From the NCBI RefSeq assembly GCF_009914755.1, contig NC_060925.1: 64,000 bases of DNA. The stretch is one strand, 5' to 3'. The notes under the pieces are model-generated. The model saw nothing but the letters and a program-made list of their open reading frames with translations, searched no databases and was not told the origin of the DNA. Origin of the DNA: the human T2T-CHM13v2.0 reference genome, Homo sapiens. The position numbers were made by a program, and so were the translations under genes. Positions 20,880 to 45,084 of the stretch are shown here, piece by piece; the stretch's first letter is position 1; the number at the start of each line of letters is the position of its first letter.

Positions 20880-21876
20880 CTAAATGAAACATAAATTCAA
20901 AGCATAAGCTTTATTTTACATTAAGCATATTAAGTGAACCACAGAGCACAGAGACAATATTTTTCAAAACAATTAAAAATGAATAGAAATCTTCACTTAT
21001 TACTATTTCTGAAAAAGCTGGATGAAAACTCTTTTTAATCTAATGAAGAGGAGGGCTTGCATTCAGTAATGGCATGCTTCTATCTTCTAAAAGACCAAAC
21101 AAATTAAGACTGACAAGTGAAGGCATTGACTTTAACCTGCTCTGCTATGGAACCTGCTGTGCGGAGTTCCAGGCCTTGGAGTAGATTTTCTGGATTTTAT
21201 TATTTTATTTAAACCAGATTCCAACATTATCTTTGAGTTGTGGAGTATCTGAATTGCCTTTAATACAAAATCCTTTAATCTAAAATGTTTGGTTAAAACA
21301 CAATAGACTCCATTAATTGTTTTCAAAGGTAACAGCTTGGTGGTTTAGATTTACTTCTCCCTTTGAACATAAGTTATGTTTTGGATGTGAACACTGTGTT
21401 CTCTCTCCACCCTCACCATCACGAAAATATATTACACCTTGATAAAATTAGGGCAAATATATACTGAAACTAGTATAATACTTCCTCTTAAACTTTTGGG
21501 CAAAAATTGAATATAATGAAAAATTCCGGTTTTCTAGTTCTTGAATAGGTCACCGCTTTTAAAAGTGCCAAAACGGTCTTATTTTAATAATTGTGTTATG
21601 AATTGCCCTAAAATGTCTTATAGACATCTTTGCTTTCTTGAACCATGTACCTCCAATTGAACCATTTCAAGTATTTTACTGTACAAAGATGCCCTCTAGG
21701 TGCTAGTGAGGCTGTCTTCTCTAACTTAATGGCTCTGGAATTCTCTCCAACACCAAATCTGTGGCTTTCCCATTATATTTCTCTCTGCTAGCAGGTAGTA
21801 AAGTGTCCCTTACAATTTACTATTAGTACTCCTGACTCTAGTAGCAATCTCTGCCCCTCAAATAAATTTTGATATG

Positions 21877-22033
21877 GGCCAGGCATGGTGGTTCACACCT
21901 GTAATCCCAACACTGAGAGGCCTGAGGCAGGAGAACTGCTTGAGCTCAGGAGTTTGAGGCTGCAGTGAACTATGCTATGATCTTGTCACTGCACTCCAGC
22001 CTGGGCAACAGAGCAAGACCCTGACTCAAAAAA
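21877..22033 (+). mobile_element. Alu monomer (FLAM/FRAM type)
   Basis: Single Alu arm; flanking ttttgatatg repeat. Confidence 0.8.
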
Positions 22034-22084
22034 ATTTTTTTGATATGTTATAGGCTGGAAAACCAGAATTAAATTAGCCTAAAT

Positions 22085-22405
22085 TAGGAGTAAATGGGAG
22101 GTGGCAGGGAATGGGGAGATGTAGGTCAAAGGATAGAAAGTTGCACATATGTAGGATGAACAAGTCTAGAGATCTAATGTATAACATGACGACTATGGCT
22201 AACAAAATTGTAATGTACTAGGTATTTTTGTTAAATAAGCAGATTTTAGCTGCCTTTGACATACACACAAGAAAGTAACTATGTGAGATGACAGACATGT
22301 TAATTTACTTCACTAAACATTTTACTATTTATATATAAATCCCATAACATATGTTATAAACCTCAAATATACACAATACAATTTATCTTTTAAAAAATAA
22401 GTAAA
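22085..22405 (+). mobile_element. L1MA 3' end fragment
   Basis: ggggagatgtaggtcaaagg...aagtaactatgtgagatga; A-rich end. Confidence 0.75.
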
Positions 22406-22970
22406 TAGTGTTGAATGAATGTCTCCAATGAGTGGGCTGTGTTTGTTAGTTGATTTTCAGAGCTCAAGAGCTAACTTCATTTATACCTAGTTCTCAGAGG
22501 TAGAGCTTTGAATAGTGAATAATCAGATATTATACAATAAGTATCATGATAATGTAGACTGCACAGTGGGCTTTACCTACGTATGATCCCATTTTATCTT
22601 TACTAACAACAAATGAAACCAAGTGGGTGTGAGAATGTTCCCTTTCATGGGGACAAAAACTGTATCAGAAAGATTCAGAAGTTAGGGGAAACACCACAGT
22701 CTAGGTTAGGAGTATAGACACTAGAGATAGAACCCTAGGGTTAGAAAGATTTGCATCTGAATCCTGGTTCTGCAACTCACTACTTGCATAATCTTGGGTG
22801 AATTACTTAAAACACTAGGAAACTTGCTCACAATCACAGATAGCTAATGATGCAAGCAGACAGAAATCCAGATATTTTAACTCCAGATCTAACATTCTTT
22901 CCACTATACGACACTGTCCTACATTTGTACAAATAGCCTCCACTGATTTTATCAGCTTTGGCACATATAT

Positions 22971-23799
<829 letters not shown>

Positions 23800-23863
23800 C
23801 TATATCGCTTTCTTATCTAAATCCCTATGCTCCCCTTTTCTTCTTGCCTTTTTTCCCCCAGGG

Positions 23864-23999
23864 GAATGTTACAGTCCTGCTATTTATCCAGCCACTGATT
23901 AAGCTGGATAAAGCTGGCAGGAACTTCAAATTAATCTCGAATACAATGTCCCCCCTGCCTGGACATGAGCACAGTCAGGCAAGGTCTACGGGTATGCCC
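23864..23999 (-). ncRNA. SNORA58: H/ACA snoRNA of the SNORA58 (ACA58) family, retroposed copy in the last NDC1 intron
   Basis: Minus strand reads GGGCATACCCGTAGACCTTGCCTGACTGTGCTCATGTCCAGGCAGGGGGGACATTGTATTCG-AGATTA (H box, 23932-23937) ... GCAGGACTGTA-ACA-TTC. Two hairpins, 136 nt. Matches the SNORA58 sequence as I recall it. The exact paralogue name is not known. Confidence 0.88.
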
Positions 24000-24327
24000 T
24001 TCTCCTTGCTTTTGTTCTATCATTAATATATGTCATATCTATTTCATTCTCTAAATTCATCAGTATTTTCTGAATGTGTCCTACATACTAATTTATATCT
24101 TGGAGGCAGTCTAGTGTTGTAGATAGAAAGATGAAAGATTTTTAAGAGAAAGAAAGACTTGATTTCAGGTTCATGTTTAATACGCACTAGATTGTGCTAT
24201 CAGGCAAATTTTAACATCTCTATGCCTCAGTTTTCGTATCTGTACAATTATGATAATTTCTACACTTCACAGGGTCTTTGAAAAGAGTAAATGAAAAAAC
24301 ATTAAGTTCTAAGTGTATTGTCTAGAA

Positions 24328-24490
24328 TAGCACTATCTGATAAAACTTTCTGGAAGTAGGGAAAGATGTTATACTTCTGTTGTCCAATACAGTAGCTACT
24401 AAACACATGTAGTTATTAAGTACTTCAAATGTGGCTAGGGTGACTGACAAATTGAATTTTTAACTTTATTTAACTTTAATTTAAATTGGA
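24328..24490. mobile_element. MER3-type MITE fragment
   Basis: tgtccaatacagtagctact...cacatgtagttattaagtacttcaaatgtggctag. Confidence 0.7.
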
Positions 24491-25174
24491 AGTCTTAAAC
24501 TATTCATTGATTGCATACAAAAACAGCAGAGCAATCTCTCGTGTCTTCTAAAGTTCATTTATAATTGTGATAAATATAAATACAGTTTAGTTACTAAGCT
24601 AGTATCCCTCATCCTGCCTAGCTAGATCATTTCACAAGAGGAAAGCAGTAAACATGAATAAAACTAAATATAAACAGGCTTGGCATTTGTGGTTTTCTCT
24701 CTGGTTCTGTTTCTCAAGGTGTTGTGATCTGTTGGTGTTTTTCCAGCATGAATCACAAAGCACCAGGGATTCATTTCTGGAATACTTTGCTCACCCCAAG
24801 TCTTCAGTTTGCTGACCAAGATATAACAATAGAATTAGTTTTAATATGCTTTTCTGGAAAGGTACTCGGGTTTTCTGCTCTTTTTTCTCCCTTAAGGATC
24901 TTTTGATAATTTAAATATATATATATAATTAATCTGCTGCATTTATAACTTTCTGTCTTCTTTTGTCCATTTGAAAGAAATCCCCAAAGCTTTATGATGG
25001 GCCAAATTTTAAAATATAAATATTAAGTCCACATCCAAGCTGTAAGTTTACAGTGAGAATCATCAAGGTCCCAAAAGAACACTTTCAACACATGAGCCTT
25101 ATCATTCCCATACCTATTTCTAAGGAAAGCTCCCCAGAATAGGTATCATCATGGATCAAAACAGGTAAACTTAC

Positions 25175-25335
25175 TTCAGATGTTCACCAAATGTAGTAGT
25201 TATTCGATAGATGGCAGTTTTCAGTGATGCTCTGAATGCAAATCTTAATGTTTTATATGAAGTGTCCACAAGGCTTCCTGAAATCCGGGGTGGTTTACTG
25301 GAAGCATGAGGAAGCTTAAAGTACTTGTCGACTGC
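25175..25335 (-). CDS. NDC1: NDC1 coding exon (probably exon 17): [53 protein letters not shown](N)
   Basis: Acceptor ggtgtag|GCA, donor GAA|gtaag; 161 nt. Confidence 0.95.
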
Positions 25336-25387
25336 CTACACCAAGAAAGAAAACACATCAGTTTAGATTATAAAGAAAGCCAACCTA

Positions 25388-25610
25388 GGCCAGGTGCTGT
25401 GGCTCACATGTGTAATCCCAACACTTTGGAAGGACGAGGCGGGAGGACTGCTTGAGCCCAGGAGTTCCACTGTACTCCAGACTGGGCGACAGAGATCCTG
25501 TCTCAAAATAACATAACATAACATAACATAACATAACATAACATAACATAACATAACATAACAAAACAAAACAAACATAATATAACATAAAATAAAATAA
25601 AATAAAAAAT
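25388..25610 (+). repeat. Alu monomer whose tail has become a compound pentanucleotide microsatellite (ACATA)n(ACAAA)n(AAATA)n
   Basis: About 10 perfect ACATA units at 25511-25560. Confidence 0.92.
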
Positions 25611-27300
25611 TAAAAAGAAAAAAGTCACTTCAGTCCAAAGAATTAAGATTTGAGATAGATACAAATGGATATATACAGAGAGATATACACATATCTATAG
25701 CTATGCTGTAACACATTTCTTACTGTAGATCACAGTCAAAATAGTTTCATAAACAATGCAATAGGGAGGCTCAGCTACTATGACAGTTACCAGGCCCCCC
25801 CCAAAATCCAGACTTGCCCTTGGAAATGAAGCTATCATTCAATATCCTTGAAAATGCAAAGCTTGAAGTCAAACACTGATGTCCTACTCTGCTTATGATG
25901 TGACAGCCAGGAGGAGCTTTATTAAAAGACCTCAGCAAAAAAAAAAAAAAAGACCAAAACTTTATACTTTACAGAAATAGTTATTCACTAAATAGTTTAT
26001 CTTCCTTTTCAATTCAGATAAGGCATTTATGATACTGTTACATCATGAGGTCCCCATGGAAAAATAAACTGACAAGATACAACAGTATAAGCGTACTATT
26101 TATAGTTATGAATGTAACCACCAAAAGAACTGAAAACAAAAATAATTAAAATTATTTTTGCCATCAAGTTCTTAATTTCAAGAGCTCTTTAACATCATCT
26201 GTTCTTTTTAATTTTAGCATCCTATTTTTGTTTCAAAGATGCAATATCCTTTCTTATTTCTAAGGATTCTGATGACAGCTTTTTTGTTTTTTAGTTTCTT
26301 CCAAGCTGATTTTCCCCCTTTGCTCCCTTTAGTCTCCAACTTCTGCATGAGAGACTTTCCTCAGAAATCTAGTGATCCTCGTTCACAAATGCAAGTGGGA
26401 CCTGCTAAAGAGCTGAGCACCAATTCTAAGTGCATGACTGGGGATTACAGACGAGCGGCTTCACAGTGGGTCATCTGCAGGGACTTTTGGGGCGTGAACC
26501 TTCAACTCAGTCACTTTAGGTCTTTCTTCTTGGACTGGTCAGAGTGCCCAAAGAAAAGTCTTCTAGTATCCTGACTACAGGGCCTGCCCCAGTGTTCTGA
26601 AGCCAGGTGGACACCAGGGCTTTGGAACTCATCCCTCTCCTTTAGTGCAGCACCCACAACTCCCCCAGACTGGGTGTTCTACTCTCTCTTAAAGGATAAA
26701 CCTCAGACTACAGTGGAAGAGGAGCAATTACCCCACATCATAGGATCTAGGGATCTAACTAATTTTCAAACAGCTCTCACCCAAACCTCTTTATTTTGGG
26801 TACCTGTCCCTTCACGCGTGGTTCTAGAGTTACTTGGTGCTTCTCCCACCACCAATTTGAAATCTGCCTCTGGAAACTGCTAAGTTAGCGATCTCAACCA
26901 TCTGCTTTCCAGCTTTGAAAGTTTTGTTGCTATTATGTCCTCTCCTGTTTATGGATTTAAGTATTATAAAATACCTTTCCTATAGTTTAGCAGAGTTTTG
27001 GGGAAGGAACAAAATTTGATGCATGTGTTCAGTCTGCCACGGTAACTTTAGCATTACTTAATATTTCACTGAATTTCACTGAATTTAGTGTTATTTAAGT
27101 ATTTCACTGAATTTCAACTACTACCTAAAATTATCTCAAGCATGTTCCAGTCTTGGGAAACACTTTTAAAAGTGACAGTTGAAAAAATAAATGATTGGAC
27201 TCAGAGTTATCGTGGCAGATTGAACAAATGCATCAAATCTTGTTCCATCATAATGGAAAAGTTATATTCTTTTCAATTTTCTTGCAAATGTCCTGATTAA

Positions 27301-30323
<3,023 letters not shown>

Positions 30324-30504
30324 TTAAATTAAGAAGGAAAATCTCAGTTTAGAGTAAATGTGTCCTTAACCCCTCTCTAGTTCTTACTAATCTCACACTA
30401 TCCACATTTGTAACAAAAGATAAGCAGGCCTCAGGTTCAGAGACCTCAGCAAGTAAGAGTATCAAGCTAGAATTTAAAATCATTGACTTTTCTCACTTTA
30501 ATTG

Positions 30505-31096
30505 CCTTATCCTCAATTCTGATATCCAAAAAGCACTGAAAACAAAAAACTTCTGCAACCTTATTTTTTCTTTTTGAGACAGGGTCTCACTCTGTTGCCC
30601 AGGCTGAGTGTAGTGGTATGATTACAGCTCACTGAGCTTTGACCTCCCAGGCTCAAGTGATCCTCCCTGCTCAGCCCCCAAGTAGACGGGACTATAGGCG
30701 TGTGCACCTCCCCACCTAAATTTTGTTGTTGCTGTTGTTGGAGACGGGATTTCACCATGTTGACCAGGGGCTCAAGCAATCCATCAGTCTTGGCCTTCCA
30801 AAGTGCTGGGATTACATGTGTGTGCCACCGCGCCCGGAGAATCTTTTTTTTTTTAAAGTGATGTGATGTTGTAACAAAAGATGTAAATCTTTTGGTGGCA
30901 AAAGCTGACCTGACTTGGACTCATCTGGCAGTAAAACATGACCTGTGCTGACACAGGCTATTTATAGTCTTCATCCCACTTTACCCCACTTAATCTGAAT
31001 ATTCAGTTAACCGGAGAAAAGCATTAATGTATCCGATTAAGGGGATTCTACCTCAGATACCAAAAGGAATGTAATATAGTATATGATGTGTGTGTG

Positions 31097-31139
<43 letters not shown>

Positions 31140-31210
31140 TCACATTTTTAAAATTAATAAACATCTGAATTCTGAAATACATGGTAAGGTTTGAGATAAA
31201 GGACTATAGA
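30505..31210. mobile_element. MER46C/Tigger-type element interrupted by an Alu (30561-30837), with (CA)n at 31102-31137
   Basis: ccttatc...tccaaaaagcactgaaaac; ggcaaaagctgacctga; ggctatttatagtc; gagataaaggactatagac. Confidence 0.6.
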
Positions 31211-31298
31211 CCCATATTCTATTTGTAGCAAGTCAAACTAGTTTTCCTTTACTATAGTCATAAAATTTCCTTTACAGTAGTCATAAAGTTTCCTTTTA

Positions 31299-33996
<2,698 letters not shown>

Positions 33997-36404
33997 CAAA
34001 AAAATTTTAATTATAAAATATATCATTTTGGTTCCTAACATTTTGTATGTAAGCACCCTTTTTAAAAACAACAATAAAATCCTATGGACCTCCAGAGGAT
34101 AATACTTGTTGTCCATCCACTGATAAAGGAAATAACTACTATGAACTCAGCAATGCTTTCAAATGAATTTGTATTTTAATTAACCAAAACAGCATGTAAA
34201 AACCTCTGAGAAAACAGCTGCAAATATGTTGGAGAAATGGTAATCATTCAAATGAAAGTACATATGTCCCTTATAATAACAGTGATCTCCAGGATGGTCT
34301 GGCCACTGGCTGAAACCACTGAGCTAGCTAGCATATCCATCACTCTACTCCTTGCCCTCTGAATACTTTGAAGGATGAAAGGCTCCCCTTCCCTTTCACA
34401 TTTTGCCTTTAATGATTCAGTGAAATGGCTGATGTTATTGATACTGAAAAGTAAAACAAAAGGATAGAACAGTTCCACACAATTGTTCCTTAGTAACACC
34501 CAGAAGCCAGTAATGTACAACTTGCCTTAAATTACAGAGATACTTAAACTTACGCTCTTCACTTTGATCCCTTCTAGACCAAAGAACAGAAAGCCAAAAA
34601 TATATAACAGGGATCATATGAGTCACATCACATTCCTGCCTCTCAAAACAAAAAGATGGTTTGGGAGCATTTTAATCAACCCATTGCATCAGAACTGTCA
34701 CTAAATTTAAGCCCCAAAACAGAAGTCTTCGTCCACTGAACCAGCAATGATGCAATCCAGCAGCCATCCAACAAGCATTTAATAAGTGCCTGTCATTTGC
34801 CAGGTACTATATCAGATGATGGGAATAGAGGCGAGACAAAGTCCCCACCTCTACTCTAGCTAATATGAAGAGGAGACAATAAAAGTCAATAAAGACAATA
34901 AAGTGTTGAGGGGGGAGTTACAGAGTAGAGTCAGACCAAAGGAGAAAAATATGTTCTAGACAAAAAAGGAAAGAAAAGGCAGCATGTGCAGTTAGAGTCA
35001 AGTTAAGAAAATAAGATATATTTGGTGGGAGGCAGAGACTGAATAGTCTATGGTAGTTATAAGAGCAGAGGACTCATGGGAATAGCAGAGTGGCTGGAAT
35101 CAGAGCACGAAGTAACTCAGTTGAGAGTCCATAGGAGCAAGAGGATGTAATAATTCAGGACAAAAATGCCAAGATCCTGAAGCAAGGCAGGAAGGATCAG
35201 CAAGAGAATGGGTGGGTAATGGAACTGCCACATGGGTGCAGCTCAAGGACATGGGGACAAAGGAGTTGAAGGAATTGGTAATAAAGTGGTTGAAATAATA
35301 GACTGCAAGGTCTAAACTGGACACAGAAAGGCATATACGCAAGTCAGGAGGGAGCTGAAAGACAAAGAACATGGGGAAAAGGAACTGGAAATCCTGGTAG
35401 GATCAAAGAAACTGTACAGAAGCAGCAAGGACATGAAACGGCTGTGCCTGGAGCAAGGGCTCTTACATTGGGTCCATAGGCCTAAGGGAAAAATTCAGGG
35501 GGTACAAACTTGAATTACACATTTATCTTTACTAAGATCTAATTAAAATCTAGCATTTCCTTCAACTATGAATGTAAGCAACAAATCATAGTAGCATTAG
35601 TAGTTCCTGTGACTTTGTCACCAACAGAAATCACCAACATCTCCATATCCCAATACGATTGTTATAGTTATCTTGAAATATCATTCATCTTATCCCTACC
35701 TCAAAATAAGTTATTGGACTCACTGACAGATCTTGTTATGTAATGCAGTAATTAAAAACCACATATTACTATATCATAAATTTAACGTCTTGATAATTTC
35801 AATATAACTGATTTTTTTTCTAATCCTAAGCACTTTATGCATTTAAGAACATGATTCTGAGAAGTCCATGGGCTTCAACAGACTGCCAAAGGAATCTTTG
35901 GAACAAAAACATTTAAAGACTCTAGCTTACAGGGTAGAATCCTGGAGTTTCAAGATCTGGCGGTGGAGTACTCAGGGGATAACTGGGCCTAGGTGATAGT
36001 TGTGGGTTGAGAGGGTATACAAATGGGTAGTGAAGAGGAGGAAGTCAAAGAATTGTGCAGACAGGGTGTGGGGCAGATTACCCACACAGACTCTGAATTA
36101 CTCATTACAATCAACCTCAGGATGTAGAGTGGAAAAAAAAAAGACTATGAGGCAGTTTTCAAAATCTGATGATGGCAGAGCATGACCAAAAGGTTGGTCA
36201 TGATGTGGCTTAAGGGAAGATAGACATTATAAGCCTTATATAAGGAGGAGTTTTATACTGAGAAGCTAAGTATCAGGTCACTGGTCCTGTTCTCTTTGTT
36301 CCATCTTTTCTCAACATCCAAAAATATGCCTCTTTGCCTCGTTCTACTCTGCCCCTCGAAAGTATTCTCCAATCCAACTCCCCTGTTTCTAAGTAAATAG
36401 GGCC

Positions 36405-36760
36405 TGCTATGACTTAAATTTGTCACCCAAAAGCATGTGCTGGAAACTTAATCCCCAATGCAGCAGTGTTGAGAGATGGGGCCTAATGGGAGGTGTTTAG
36501 GTCAGGAGGACTCCACTCTCAATAATGAATTAATGCAGATTATAGAGGGGTTTAATACTGTGAGTTCGATCTCTTGCTCTCTCTTGTTCAGGTGATCCCT
36601 TCTGCCATGTTATGATTCCGCAAGAAGGCCCTTACCAGATGCAGCCCCTTAATCTTGAACTTCCCAGCCTCTAGGACCACGAGCCAAATTAAGTTTCTGT
36701 TCGTTATAAATTACCTAGTCTGTGGTATTCTGTTAGAGCAGCATGAAACAGAGCAAGACA
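36405..36760 (+). mobile_element. Solo MaLR LTR (MST/MLT1A type)
   Basis: TGCTATG...AAGACA termini; TSD gggcc/gggct. Confidence 0.8.
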
Positions 36761-37061
36761 GGGCTTGACCTTTTGACAAATCTGTAATTCCTATTTTCCT
36801 ACTCAAAGGTATGAATGACTATAATCAAACAGATTGCTTTCCTTCTAACCAACTATGAAGAACCAGAAATTCTGATGGTGGTAGAGTTAAAAGCAGAGTA
36901 ATTTTGGTATAGAATACCTCTAGGGCAGGCAGTGTGATCTTTATGAAATCAATTCAGTGAGTTTTAACCAGCATTTTAAAAAATGAAATAGAATGAAAAA
37001 TATTAAAATGCACTACACATAGTAAAAGGTGAGTACTGTTCCAAGAATCCTTTATTTCTGT

Positions 37062-37066
<5 letters not shown>

Positions 37067-37101
<35 letters not shown>
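37067..37101. repeat. (CA)n microsatellite
   Basis: Direct reading. Confidence 0.95.
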
Positions 37102-37216
37102 CTATATTTTGAGTCTAATGTAAATGCACTGCAGATCACAGTCCAAAAACTTTGAAAGCCACAGTTCTAAGGGTAGAATCATTCTCTCTGAAGAAAGAAT
37201 AAGGGATGTGGATCAA

Positions 37217-37815
<599 letters not shown>

Positions 37816-38368
37816 GCGGGGGAGGGATGTGGATCTGTAGCTTTTTCCAGGGTCTACTGCACTGCTAATGCCCTGCAATCAGACTGGGTTCTAGTTCCAG
37901 CTCTGCCACCTAGGAGATTGTGTGTGAGATCTGAGGTAAGTCACTGTACTACTAAGCCTCCCTCATCTATTAAAAAAGGGTGAAAACACTTCCACCTTGC
38001 TGACTTCACAAGATGGTTATAAAGATCAAATAATAATGATATCACATTACTCTAGACTATAAACACTGTACCATTATTGTTGTTTTAACTACACTGCCAG
38101 AGTGACAAAAAATAATGTTATGACCATCAAAGATATGCCCAAATCATGGTCATCCTATTGTGCAGTCAGATAAACCAAATATTCGAAGCTGCAGGGAATT
38201 GCTAGGAAACTATTTATTTACAGAATGGCACTTGGGAAAGAGTACAAATAATAAAACTATCCATGTAGACACACACATCTCAAGTAACATACATGAGAAG
38301 GTACTCACAAAAAGTGCTCAAAGCAAAAGAATCACTGGCTTTGATGGGTAAGATTTTCTAATAGGTAA

Positions 38369-39830
<1,462 letters not shown>

Positions 39831-40001
39831 CAGCATCTTTTCTGTCTTTTAGATTGTAATTTCCTGAGGGTGAAAAAGTATCATTATTTTAACTTCCAAC
39901 ATGTTTTGTCACTCGATAAATGTGATATATAGGAAACAAACAAAGCACTGGGTGGGAGGGGAAGATGACCTCTACCCCCTCCCAACCCACAGATTTCTTA
40001 C

Positions 40002-40102
40002 CTCTTGCAGTGTCAACAAAGTATTAAGGATAGCTGGTAGTGTCGTCTGGACAACTCCAAATCTATCCTCTGTAAATGATGCTGCTACTAAGTGCGACAG
40101 AC
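40002..40102 (-). CDS. NDC1: NDC1 coding exon (probably exon 16): [34 protein letters not shown]
   Basis: Acceptor (t)n-cccttgag|GT, donor GAG|gtaag; 101 nt; contains the conserved EDRFGVVQ motif. Confidence 0.95.
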
Positions 40103-40210
40103 CTCAAGGGAAAAAAAAAAAAGGTTAAAAGTCAATCAAAATTAGGCAAAACTATTTGAAATACATCTATTTTAGGAAGGATTAATATTCTGAATATAAA
40201 AAGAAATAAA

Positions 40211-41745
<1,535 letters not shown>

Positions 41746-41975
41746 AAAAAAGAACCCAGGCTCAGTTTCTCTGCTTACATACAAGAAAAAATTGTGCCCA
41801 AATCAAAATACGCCTAAATATATTTTTCAAAATGATCTATATAAAACAAAGATATAAAAACGAATCTGTACATTCAAAGACTGAAATCAAGGACCAGAAC
41901 TGACCTTTCATGAATTATACTTCAATATTTAACTGACAATTAAAATCATAGTTACAGTTCACAGTCATTGCTTAC

Positions 41976-42039
41976 CTTCTAATGCCCAAATATGCATTTG
42001 GGCATCTGAAAAAACAGCCTGAATGGAGGCCTCTGGGTG
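41976..42039 (-). CDS. NDC1: NDC1 coding exon (probably exon 15): HPEASIQAVFSDAQMHIWALE(G)
   Basis: Acceptor tttgtag|CAC, donor AAG|gtaag; 64 nt. Confidence 0.94.
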
Positions 42040-42312
42040 CTACAAATAAAAACAAAAACATTCAAGTGAATTCCCCTGAGCAAAAACTCCATTATTTCCT
42101 TTAATTAAATATGTAGACCACAAAACAAAAAATTCACAGCTGCCTCTCAAGAATTAAAATTTAAAATAAATTCTTTTATATTTAACTTGATAATTACTCA
42201 TTTAACTATAATAAAGCACTCTACCATCAACTCATTGTGTGGCCCTTGCCAAGTCTCTAAATCTCTGTGTCTCAGTTTCCAATTTAAAGTTACATATACT
42301 CAACCCACCTCA

Positions 42313-43632
<1,320 letters not shown>

Positions 43633-44024
43633 TCAAAGAAAAACCGCCTAACCTTCACGTAAAAAATGTTTTTATTTGCACAAATTTATGGAGTACATGT
43701 GAAATTTTGTTACACGTATATAATGCATGATGATCAAGTCACGGCATTTTGGGTATCCTATCACCTGAGTATAATATGTTTTTGTTAACTGTAATCATCC
43801 TACTCTGGTATCAAACATTGGATTTATTCCTTCTAACTGTATATTTGTACCCTTTAACCTACTTCTCTCCATCCTCCTCCTACCCTCTACCCATCCTTCC
43901 CAGTCTCTGTTATCTTTCCACTCTACTCCCATGTGATCAAATGTTTTAGCTTCTATACGTAAGTAAGAACGTGCAATATTTATTTTTTTGTGCCTGACTT
44001 ATTTCACTTAAGATTGTGATGTCC

Positions 44025-44293
44025 GGCCAGGCGAGGTGGCTCACGCGGTCAGGAGATCGAGACCATCCTGGCTAACACGCTAAAACTCCGTCTCTACTAA
44101 AAATACAAAAAATTAGCCAGGCGTGGTGGCAGGTGCCTGTAGTCCCAACTACTCAGGAGGCTGAGGCAGGAGAATGGCGTGAACTTGGGAGGCGGAGCTT
44201 GCAGTGAGCCCGAGCTTGCAGTGAGCCCAGATCGCGCCACCGCACTCCAGCCTGGGCGACAGAGCGAGACTCCGTCTGAAAAAAAAAAAAAAA
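44025..44293 (+). mobile_element. AluY with an internal deletion and duplication, inserted in an antisense L1MA 3' fragment (43665-44345)
   Basis: TSD aagatt(g/a)tgatgtcc. Confidence 0.88.
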
Positions 44294-44771
44294 AAGATTA
44301 TGATGTCCAATTCTATCCATGTTGCTGTAAATGACACAATTTCATGCTGCCTACCCTTCTTTAACGTACCACCATGGAATAGTGTGGAACAACTGGTCCA
44401 TTTGAACAAATGCTGTCTTTGGTTATGTACCCAATGAAGCCTACTAAGTACCATACAACAAGTCTATTAAGTTACATTTTTTAACATCAAATAGCAGCAG
44501 TGTCTATAATTTATCATATAATAGACCCACTTGCAAAACTGGGATGAAAATTAGCCTTTCACTTTCAAGAAAACAGGAGATCTTGGTCACCATGTGGTCT
44601 GCCACTTACTGTCTCTGTGCCCTTAGGCTAACTATATGACTCCTCTGAGCCTCAGGTTTCCTTATCTGTAAAATGAGGATAAAAAGACATATCTCACAGG
44701 AATGCTGTTAGAATTAAATGAGGGAACTGAAGCGAAAACAGAGTATGGCACACATAAGACACTCATAGTGA

Positions 44772-45084
<313 letters not shown>

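Noticed and set aside
25363-25588. ORFs with (CYVML)n repeats, and the poly-Tyr ORF at 50923
   Set aside because: Translations of microsatellites.
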